The notes beneath the pieces are model-generated. The model ran no database searches. It was not told the DNA's origin and worked only from the letters and a program-made list of their open reading frames with translations. Below, piece by piece: positions 38,174-46,830 of a stretch of DNA of 64,000 nucleotides (within the stretch, counting starts at the first letter, position 1; the number at the start of each line of letters is the position of its first letter). Both the position numbers and the translations under genes were made by a program. Origin of the DNA: Candidatus Omnitrophota bacterium (GTDB lineage: Bacteria > Omnitrophota > Gorgyraeia > B26-G9); NCBI GenBank assembly GCA_043826565.1, contig JBDRPX010000019.1, forward strand, positions 5,369-69,368, in the 5' to 3' direction.

Positions 38174-39859
38174 ATGCAGAAAATTTGGAATTTCCGGGAA
38201 TTAGATTTACAAAAACAAAAAACCCTGGCAGCTCAGCTGGGGATATCTCCGATAATTGCTCAGATCCTGATCAATCGCGGGATAACTGACGCGGAAGCTG
38301 CGGCGGCTTTTCTTGACTGTGATATGGGAAATTGCCATGATCCTTTTCTGCTTAAAGATATGAGTAAAGCTGTCGAGAGAATAAAAAAGGCGATTGCTTA
38401 TAAAGAAAAGATTGTTGTTTACGGGGATTATGATGTTGATGGGTTGACCAGCTGCTCGCTTTTATTTTATGCGCTTTCGGCATTAGGCGCGGATGTGTCC
38501 TGTTATATCCCGCATCGAATAGAAGAGGGGTATGGAGTAAATCTCCAGGCCTGTGCCGGATTAAAAGAGCAAAAGACAGCTTTAGTGATAACTGTCGATT
38601 GCGGAATAAGTAGTTTTCAGGAAGTAGAATATCTGAATGCTTCCGGAATAGATATTATTATTACCGACCATCATCAGCCTTTAGATGATAAAGTTCCTCA
38701 GGCTCTATGTGTGATTAATCCTCAGCAGAAAGACTGCAAATATCCCTATAAAGAATTAGCCGGGGTCGGCATAGCGTATAAGTTGGCTCAGGGGATTTCC
38801 CGCGGCAGTTTGGATGTCTCGGAACATTTGGACCTGGTTGCCTTAGGAACAATTAGTGATGTTGCGCAATTAACCGGAGAAAACAGGATTTTGGTTAAAC
38901 ACGGATTAAAAGTACTTAGCCAGACAAAGAAAATCGGGCTGAGGGCTTTAATGGATGTAACCGGAATAAAAAAAGGAGCATTGTCTACTTATCATGTTGG
39001 TTTTATCCTGGGGCCGCGTTTAAATGCGATGGGACGGATGGGGTCAGCAGAAAAATCATTGCATCTTTTGCTAAGTAACAGCTATAAACAATCCTATGAA
39101 TTAGCTCTGGCTCTTGATCTTGAGAACAAGCAGCGTCAGAAGACAGAACAGAGGATTTTAAAAGAAGCTATGGCCATGGTCGATACAGAGATCAATTTTA
39201 AACATCACCGGACAGTGGTCTTACACAAGGATACCTGGCATCCCGGAGTTATCGGAATTGTTGCTTCCCGTATCGCGGAAAGATTTTACCGGCCGACTAT
39301 TTTAATTGCCACACAAGAGGGTGTAGGTAAAGGATCGGGCCGGTCTATCCGGGATTTTCACCTTTTTGACACTTTATCAAAATGTAATCATTTACTTGAA
39401 GAATTCGGCGGGCATGAAAATGCTGCCGGTATTAGTATTTTAGAAAAAAACCTGCAAAACTTTAAAGATATTTTTAATCAGGAAGCCTGCAAAGTGCTTA
39501 CTCCGGAAAAATTGCGTCCGGTGGTGGATATTGATATGGAAATTACTTTGGGTGCGCTTTCAGAAAAGCTGATCGAAGAATTAGAAAAATGCGCACCGTT
39601 CGGTATGGGGAATCCCCGTCCGGTATTTGCTTCCCGTAACTTGAAACTTAAACAAAAACCCCGTGTTCTTCGCAATAGTACATTCAAACTTTGGCTGACC
39701 GATGAAACGGTTACCTGTGAAGCTTTGGGAAGCCGTATGGGTGATATTGATGTTGCGTCTATTACCGACGGTCTTTCCATTGTCTATTCGCCCTCAATCA
39801 ATAATTGGCAGGGTATTTCCACTATCCAGCTGCAATTAAAAGACATACAGCTAATTTAA
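38174..39859 (+). CDS. recJ: single-stranded-DNA-specific exonuclease RecJ
   Basis: DHH motifs 'VYGDYDVDGLTS' and 'ITDHHQP', plus the DHHA1 domain. Confidence 0.85.
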   Translation: MQKIWNFRELDLQKQKTLAAQLGISPIIAQILINRGITDAEAAAAFLDCDMGNCHDPFLLKDMSKAVERIKKAIAYKEKIVVYGDYDVDGLTSCSLLFYALSALGADVSCYIPHRIEEGYGVNLQACAGLKEQKTALVITVDCGISSFQEVEYLNASGIDIIITDHHQPLDDKVPQALCVINPQQKDCKYPYKELAGVGIAYKLAQGISRGSLDVSEHLDLVALGTISDVAQLTGENRILVKHGLKVLSQTKKIGLRALMDVTGIKKGALSTYHVGFILGPRLNAMGRMGSAEKSLHLLLSNSYKQSYELALALDLENKQRQKTEQRILKEAMAMVDTEINFKHHRTVVLHKDTWHPGVIGIVASRIAERFYRPTILIATQEGVGKGSGRSIRDFHLFDTLSKCNHLLEEFGGHENAAGISILEKNLQNFKDIFNQEACKVLTPEKLRPVVDIDMEITLGALSEKLIEELEKCAPFGMGNPRPVFASRNLKLKQKPRVLRNSTFKLWLTDETVTCEALGSRMGDIDVASITDGLSIVYSPSINNWQGISTIQLQLKDIQLI

Positions 39860-39943
39860 AGATCTTCCCGCGACTTGCATCAGCCCATCTATTATGGTAT
39901 ACTTTATTACTTTTTGTAACTGAAAGGAAAGTAGTGAAGCCGA

Positions 39944-42030
39944 AACGATCATACTTTTTCATAATATTTATTCTGGCCCAAATATTAATTGTAAGTCCTT
40001 TGCGCGGGGAGACCGGATGTTTATCTCCCGCGCTTAGCCTCAAAGATATATCAAATTGGGTTGCCTATTCTGTTGATAATCATCTTATTCCCAAAGATAC
40101 TGCTGCCGGAGAGCAAGATAGATTTAACGCAATAGCCCGGAATCCTCAGGAACTGCTGGCTTTGGTAAAACAGGAGATGGCTTTTTCCGGCAGTGCGGAA
40201 TTGCCGAAAGTTGTCGTCATGTCTGATTTTCACGGAGCAATAAAAATATTTTTAGATTACATCAGCGATGCCTTATCCCGTAAACTGGGAGTTCCGGTGG
40301 TGCTTGACCATACGGAATTTCCGCGGAAGTCAATACAGCAGCAGCTTGCGGAACAGGGAATTGATATCCGTTCGATAAAGAATTTCCAATTTTATCTGCT
40401 GGGAGATTTCATGGATCGGGGTGAATACGGAGTCAAATGTTTTCTGGCCGCGGAAGAACTTGATTCTCTGGGGCTGGCCAAAATTGTTTTTGGTAATCAT
40501 GATGTTTTTTCTATACTTGCCTGTGTGGGATATCATCTGCCTATATATAAAGGATATAATTTTTACGGACATTATGAATCCGAACAGCTGGTGTTTTCCG
40601 AACACTGGGATGATTTGGAAATCAGCCCAGACCGTTTTGGCTGGTGGCAGGAAAAACTTGTTGAATATATTACGGAGCAAAAAAAACTGCAGGATAACTT
40701 TATTATAGTAAATAACACTCAGGTATCATTCGGGCAGATTCGCGAACAATTAAAAGACATTTGTAAACAGGTGCAGTCCCAGGGAGGGATACCCCAGGAA
40801 CAGATGGAAGTTCTGGGTGATTTAGCGGGATTTTATTTCGGCACGACAGATGTTTATACCGGGTTTAATGCGGTCGGGATGATGTCGGTCCAGTGGTGGG
40901 AAGAACGGCTTGCCAGTGTGGATAAATTTTGTTCTGAAGCGATAGATAAGGAACTTATGCATCAGTTATCCATCTGGGGGCATATTAAACAGTGTATTGA
41001 AGAGGTGATCCCGGTTGTCGGCAGACAATTGCAGGAGAAAAAAGCTCAAGGTAAGTGGTGGTGGCAGGTTTTTAATGATATTAATGATCAGGCTTATAGT
41101 TCTCCGGAATGGTACGCGCAGGACTGGATTTTTCATAACGGATGGGGAGGAAGCGTGTTTAAAGAATTAAATGAGCTTGACTCTGATTTAGAAGATCAAA
41201 AATGGAATGCTTCGAATTTCTTTCGTAATCCTTATCTTAAAAAGTTTACTCGTTTTGGGCATGATAAATTTACTCTTGCCCGGGAAGACCCCTACGGGTT
41301 TTTTTATTCTCATGGATGGTTTCCGGTTAATCGGCAAAGCGGGGTTCCGGGGTTTGTTTATCAAAACACCATATATTCCGGGGAGTATTTATTTTCCGGG
41401 CTGCAAATAGTTGAACAAGATTTTCGTTCGGTTCTGGCGATGCGGATGGATGATAGGCAGGATGATGCGGAAGTTACCCGTCAGCTTAGAGACTCGGTTA
41501 GCCTGGTTATTTCCTGGTACGCGGATAAGACCATTCGTATCAAGCCGGCGCACATTCGTGCTTATTTGGACGGGTTTGGATTAGAAGCTATTCAAAAATC
41601 AATCGGCCGGCATGTCTGGTTTACTTGTCATAATCCGTTGAATACTTTAATTCCCCTGGGAATAGGCTTTAGTATGCAGGAAGGTGATTATGTCCATATT
41701 TCTGTTGATAAAGGGATGAGCTGGGAAAAATTCCGAGATGTCGGCGGATATGTGGAAGTCGATGCCTCTTCCGGAATTGTTTTACGCGGCTATAGCGGCA
41801 ATGATTTTACTCAGATTATTGATACCCCTCCGGCAATGGTTATGTCAAAGGATCAATATGGCCAATGGTACCATGAGTCGCTTTGGGAAAATAAATCAGT
41901 TAGCCGGGAGACTCTTTTACCGATAGCTGCTGCCCAGCTTGCTGAAAAATTGTATGCTCCGGAAGTTGCCGGTTCAGTAGAGGCTAAAAACCTGCCGCCG
42001 GCTTTATCCCTTATTGAGCAGGCAATTTAG
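39944..42030 (+). CDS. fbp: fructose-1,6-bisphosphatase class 3 (metallophosphoesterase-type, Firmicutes Fbp/YydE-like) with an N-terminal signal/anchor peptide
   Basis: 'VMSDFHG', 'LLGDFMDRGEYG' and 'VFGNHDVFSILACVG' align with B. subtilis Fbp 'FVSDLHG', 'VVGDIYDRGPQP' and 'QWGNHDVLWIGAYSG'. C-terminal matches include 'NTIYSGEYLFSG' vs 'WTGEYSSLFG'. Likely GTG start at 39944 (RBS 'aggaaag'), giving 'MKPKRSYFFIIFILAQILIVSPLRGETGCLSP'. Confidence 0.7.
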
Positions 42031-42263
42031 CGTGTTTTGCCCCCAAGCTTAAATATTAGTAATTTTAAAATGAGTTGATTTTCTAATACCTTCCTACACA
42101 ATAAGTTACATCTGCGAAAAAAATCAAAGCCACCTTGCGAGATTTTATTTTATATGGTATACTTTTAGGAATTTTGTAAACTTTTTAAAGCTGATTTTTA
42201 AACATTACTAAAATAAGTTTGGCAAATTAAGCGATTTTGTAACTATGAAAGGAGTAGCGCCAT

Positions 42264-45200
42264 ATGTTTATGTCTTCAAAAACCAACCTGTTTTTCAAAG
42301 TCATTTCTTTTATTATCATGCAGTCGTTTTTAATCACTAATATTTCCTTTGCTGCGGGAGGTAATTTTTTTGTTAATTCAGAAGAAAGGGGTTGTTTGTC
42401 ACCAGAGATGCAGATACCTAACCAAATAATGATGAGAGATTTTAAAAACCAGACGATTATTAAAGGAGATTTATCCCAACTTACTTCTATTTTACCTAAA
42501 GCTATCATTGGTGAAGATGAGGCATATGAACAGTTAAAACGTTTAGCTTTAACTACTCCTGAAACTTTGATCGAATATTTTGAAGCTCAGTTACCTGAGG
42601 CTATTGAAGCGATGACAGAATCTATGTTTGGTAAGGGATTTGGTTATGATGTGCGCGGAAATGCCTGGGAAGTAGCTTCCGGTGAAGTAGATTTAACTCC
42701 TTTGAGTTGTTATTTGATCGGAAAAGCGCTGGCCACAAGATATGCCGAACAGGGAGAAGGTGTCGAATTTACCGGAGACCAGAGAATACATACGCCGATG
42801 TTAAGACTGGCATTATCTCTCGGAGCGCAGTCTGCCGGAGCAAAGCTGTTTTTTAGTGATGAGATTGTCGGTACCGGTGAACATGGGATATTATCCGGAG
42901 AGAATCCTAATAATGTTAAGGTTATGGGGCAGGTTTCCGGATCTCACGGTATTCCGGCAAAGAATGGTTTTAAACTAAAAGTAATAGATCCTAAAACCGG
43001 CCAGTTAGAACCGCTGTATGGGAAAGAATTAGCTAATCTGTATACTTTGATTAAAAGCGGGAATTTAAGAACAGTAGAAAGTTTTATTCCGCTGACAGAG
43101 CAGAATGATCTTATTGAAAAAGCAGTAGATGCTTATGATAAGACATTACCCCAGGTGTCAGTTGATCAGCCGGTAGTTTTTGATTGCCGTAATTCAGCAT
43201 TAACTACAGTATTAAAAAAGATAGTTGAAAAAAGAGGATTGAAGAATGTATTCTGGCTGAATGATACCCCGGATGGAAGAATGCCGGGTGGAATTTGGGA
43301 CCCTTCTAAACCGGAAGCTTTGGTTGCTTGCCAGAATAAAGTTCTGGAGATTAATGCTTCAGGACAGTTTAAGAAAAAAGCCATAGGATTTGTGTTTGAT
43401 GGAGATGGAGACCGGGCGGCAGCGATTTTAGAGGATGGAAGAGCAGTTCCTTCTTTTGAAATGACCCTTCCTTTTTATCAGAGATTGTTCTCTGATCCGA
43501 TTAATCAGGAAGTAATGAATACACTGATTAATGCCGGATTTGATAAGATATGGGCAATAACCGATATTCGCGCTAATTCCCGTTTAAAAAATATGTTTCG
43601 CAGGTATTCTGACTGGATAACCGGTAAATATATTACTACGGGATATCCGCCGCAAAGAGCGGTTGTACGTCATATATTTAGTGAAATAGAAAAATATGTT
43701 GCCGCCAACCCAAGCAAGTTTGATGCTGGTTTTGCGGAAAAGCTTAGACATTTTAAGACCACATATTTTACGGCAGAAGCATCCGGCCATCAGTTTTTTC
43801 ATATTTGTCCAAATTATCCGGAAAAAGTAATTGATGCGGGTATCGCCGTAGCTTTTAATTTATTGCATATTAAAGAAACAATTCAGGATGTAGAAGCTAA
43901 GGATGAAAAAGTCGGATTATCGGCAGGACAAGATTCTTATTTACTGACAGAACTTTTTGATCATTTTCCTCCGGCGATCAGTTCCGGAGAAGTCAGGATC
44001 GTTGTGCCGAATTCAATTAAGTTTGAAGTAACCGATGCGATGATTGTTAAATTAAAAGAAAAATATGCGGATGATTTTTTACCGACCCCTCTGGGAACAG
44101 TTGATATGGGGGATTACTTATTGCAGGATATGGATGAAGGAAAAGTAGAAGTTGCCGGATTTTTGGGGTTACTTAAGACCGGCGGCAGCTTTTTGTTTCG
44201 CGTATCAAATACCGGTGAGCAGTGTACATTGATATTTGAAGGCGGAGATATTCAGGAGCTTATTAGGCTGATGGAAGAAATGAAACAGTTGGTTTTAGAT
44301 ACTAAAGCTGAATTTGAAGCAGACGCATCAACTGCGGAAGCGGCAAAAAATATTAAAGTCGATGATTTGGAAAAGGAAATTCAAATGACAATTGAAGCGG
44401 CTGAAGAAATAACTCCGGCAGCTCCGATAGTTATTAATACTGCTACTCTACAGGCTGATTCTTTAGGTGCTTTAAGCCTGAGTAATGGCGAAATTGCCGA
44501 TGTTAATAGGACGATGGAAGGTATCCAAAGAACAATGCAATTTGAAGATAATGATGTGACTACCGAGCTTGGCCGTCAGAGGTTGTTAAAGAACTGGCGC
44601 GGTTGGGTGTTTGGAGAACAGGAATGGGCAAACCAGGGAATTGAAGATACTGTTACGGTAGCTCAGAAAGTTCGTGATGATAATCCTGAGGCATTTGTGG
44701 TTGTTGGTGTCGGCGGATCAGATCAGACAACAAAGGGAATTGTTAATGCCAATATCAGTACTCAGCATAATCTGCTTTCTAAAGAAGCTAGAGGCGGGGC
44801 TCCGATGTTATTCTACACCGGTGATGGTTTTGATCCGAATAGTACCTATGATACATTACAGGTTCTTGATGAAAAAGGGATTTTGTTTAAAACAAAATTC
44901 AATATAATTTCTAAATCCGGAACTACCGGGGAAACAGCGCATGCTTTCCTGGTTATTAAAAGTTATCTTGAAGTTAGATTAGAACAGCTTGCTGTGCAAT
45001 ACGCGGCACGTCAGATAAAGGACAAAGACTTAGAAGCTATGGGTTTAACTGCTAAAGATCTAGAGAAAGTAACATTGAATTATACAGTAAAATTAGATGC
45101 CGGAGAAGAAGCTGTCACAGAAGAAACTTTCCGTACCGGGCGTTTCTTTGTCTTTACCACAGGCTTAAATGATAAGAGCGCATTGTATAATTATGTTCAG

Positions 45201-46103
45201 CTTATTCGTGAACAGGCAGGTGATGATGTGTTTGGATTATTGCCGGTTCCGGATGGTACCGGAGGAAGATACTCTTTTGGTACAGCCGTGGGTATGCTGG
45301 CGATGGGAGTAATGGCAAATACAAGCAAGGGAGAAACTCCGGAAAGCAGAATAAGACAGGTATTAGAGGCGATAAAAGATGTGCGTAACGAAATTTTAAA
45401 CGGTAGTGTTGAAGGTGATAATGTTCCTTCATTTGCTATTGCCCGGGCTAATTATTTAGCAGAAAAACACGGCTTAGGAACAGTGGCGATATATCCGTTT
45501 GCAAATATGTTACAGGAATTTGCTAATCTGATGATGCAGCTTTCTACAGAATCAATTCGGGAAAAGGGTCAGGGACAGAATATTCTTCCGTTGGTTGGTC
45601 CTTCACGTAACCACTCTGTAGTGAATGGAATTATTAATGGGCCCAGAGATACCATCATATGTTTTATTGAAGTTGCTGCTTTTGACCCGGCAAAAGATGC
45701 AACTATTACTGGTGGAAAAGTACTTGGCGGAAGCTTAATGCAGCTGGAGCAATTAAAACAGTCTGATATCCAGAAGGCATCTTTGGATGGGACTCTTAAG
45801 GATGCGATTGAAAAGGGTGTGCCGGCTTACAAGATTACAATTCCGGCTTTAACTCCGTATTATGTAGCTAAGTTAATTGCTTATTTTGAGCATGAAGTAG
45901 CTATTGAAGGAATGCTTAGAGGACTTAGAGAGCCTTCGAATGCAGAAGGTGTTTATGTTGATTTAACCTATTTGCAGTCTAGTGTTGAAGGATATAAGGC
46001 TCAGACCCGTGCTATCTTAAGTGAGATAAGAGCAGCTAAGTTTGGACCTGTCCAGACATCAGCTAATCGTGACATGGTTAGTGTAGTCGGTAGTTCCATA
46101 TAA
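42264..46103 (+). CDS. 1279-aa fusion: signal peptide + α-D-phosphohexomutase (PGM/PMM/AGM family) + glucose-6-phosphate isomerase (PGI)
   Basis: Phosphohexomutase region: active-site-loop-like 'VSGSHGIPAKNGFK' and Mg-binding 'FDGDGDRAA'. PGI region: SIS 'VVVGVGGSDQT' and signature 'PDGTGGRYSFGTAVGM'. N-terminal 'MFMSSKTNLFFKVISFIIMQSFLITNISFA|AGG...ERGCLSPEM'. Confidence 0.75.
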   Translation: MFMSSKTNLFFKVISFIIMQSFLITNISFAAGGNFFVNSEERGCLSPEMQIPNQIMMRDFKNQTIIKGDLSQLTSILPKAIIGEDEAYEQLKRLALTTPETLIEYFEAQLPEAIEAMTESMFGKGFGYDVRGNAWEVASGEVDLTPLSCYLIGKALATRYAEQGEGVEFTGDQRIHTPMLRLALSLGAQSAGAKLFFSDEIVGTGEHGILSGENPNNVKVMGQVSGSHGIPAKNGFKLKVIDPKTGQLEPLYGKELANLYTLIKSGNLRTVESFIPLTEQNDLIEKAVDAYDKTLPQVSVDQPVVFDCRNSALTTVLKKIVEKRGLKNVFWLNDTPDGRMPGGIWDPSKPEALVACQNKVLEINASGQFKKKAIGFVFDGDGDRAAAILEDGRAVPSFEMTLPFYQRLFSDPINQEVMNTLINAGFDKIWAITDIRANSRLKNMFRRYSDWITGKYITTGYPPQRAVVRHIFSEIEKYVAANPSKFDAGFAEKLRHFKTTYFTAEASGHQFFHICPNYPEKVIDAGIAVAFNLLHIKETIQDVEAKDEKVGLSAGQDSYLLTELFDHFPPAISSGEVRIVVPNSIKFEVTDAMIVKLKEKYADDFLPTPLGTVDMGDYLLQDMDEGKVEVAGFLGLLKTGGSFLFRVSNTGEQCTLIFEGGDIQELIRLMEEMKQLVLDTKAEFEADASTAEAAKNIKVDDLEKEIQMTIEAAEEITPAAPIVINTATLQADSLGALSLSNGEIADVNRTMEGIQRTMQFEDNDVTTELGRQRLLKNWRGWVFGEQEWANQGIEDTVTVAQKVRDDNPEAFVVVGVGGSDQTTKGIVNANISTQHNLLSKEARGGAPMLFYTGDGFDPNSTYDTLQVLDEKGILFKTKFNIISKSGTTGETAHAFLVIKSYLEVRLEQLAVQYAARQIKDKDLEAMGLTAKDLEKVTLNYTVKLDAGEEAVTEETFRTGRFFVFTTGLNDKSALYNYVQLIREQAGDDVFGLLPVPDGTGGRYSFGTAVGMLAMGVMANTSKGETPESRIRQVLEAIKDVRNEILNGSVEGDNVPSFAIARANYLAEKHGLGTVAIYPFANMLQEFANLMMQLSTESIREKGQGQNILPLVGPSRNHSVVNGIINGPRDTIICFIEVAAFDPAKDATITGGKVLGGSLMQLEQLKQSDIQKASLDGTLKDAIEKGVPAYKITIPALTPYYVAKLIAYFEHEVAIEGMLRGLREPSNAEGVYVDLTYLQSSVEGYKAQTRAILSEIRAAKFGPVQTSANRDMVSVVGSSI

Positions 46104-46124
46104 GCACTAAATTACGAATTAAAA

Positions 46125-46165
46125 CCCCGTTAGGCTAGGTCCCTGGCGGGGTTTTTTTATTACCC
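46125..46165 (+). terminator. rho-independent terminator
   Basis: aaccccg...cggggtt stem followed by TTTTTTATT. Confidence 0.65.
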
Positions 46166-46343
46166 GGATATTTAATTCTATGATCTACTTTGAATCCAAA
46201 TTGCTACCCAACTGCTTCGTTATGCTCGGTCGGATTTCCTCGACGTGCCTCAGAGGGCACGCCTGTGGAATCCTTGGTCGCAAGCCTTGCATTTGGGCAA
46301 CACTTTGAATTCTCGCTACGATAATAGTATTAAATATCCGGGT
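46163..46343. other. GC-rich structured element bounded by 14-bp perfect inverted repeats (candidate ncRNA or MITE)
   Basis: 'cccggatatttaat' at 46163 and 'attaaatatccggg' at 46330. The interior has nested hairpins (ggatttcc.../ggaatcc; gtgcc-tcagag-ggcac) and far higher GC than the flanks. Confidence 0.35.
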
Positions 46344-46436
46344 TAAAACAATTGATTTTTCGACTTAATAAGGATATACTAACTGGAAAAGGGTTATATT
46401 CCCGGATGCGGGATTTAAAAGGTATAAGTTTAAGCT

Positions 46437-46742
46437 ATGTTTGTTATTATATATATTTTGGAAGGCTTGGCTGTAGTCGTGGGCATGGGATTAACCATTT
46501 TATATTGGTTGATCTTGATCCGGGTTTTGATCTCCTGGGTAAGCCCGGATCCGAGAAATCCGCTGGTGCAGTTTTTAAGAGCAGCAACAGATCCGATACT
46601 GGAGCCTTTTAGACAGCTGTTAATGCCGTTAACATATAAGATCCGGGTAGACTTATCACCGATACTTGCGTTTTTTCTTATTTCTTTTTTACGCCGGGAG
46701 TTAGTCAGCATATTATTACATTTAGCAGATACATTTAAATAG
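46437..46742 (+). CDS. yggT: YggT-family small membrane protein
   Basis: 'LISWVSPDPRNPLVQFL...TDPILEPFRQL' YggT/Ycf19 motif. Confidence 0.6.
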   Translation: MFVIIYILEGLAVVVGMGLTILYWLILIRVLISWVSPDPRNPLVQFLRAATDPILEPFRQLLMPLTYKIRVDLSPILAFFLISFLRRELVSILLHLADTFK

Positions 46743-46830
46743 TAAGAAGTAAATAAAGTAGCGAGTAGCAAGTAGAGAGTAGCGAGATAAAAAATAATAA
46801 GAAGCCCGAGAAAAGAGGTAGAGAAGAAAA

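Noticed and set aside
39944-40040. Canonical lipoprotein lipobox for the 'GCLSP' proteins
   Set aside because: Residues preceding the Cys (ETG-C, ERG-C) do not fit [LVI][ASTVI][GAS]C, and the Cys is several residues past the predicted signal-peptidase I site. Reported only as a novel motif.
46166-46340. tRNA or tmRNA gene in the GC-rich island
   Set aside because: No T-loop GTTCRANYC or acceptor/CCA architecture on either strand. Retained only as a generic structured-element candidate.
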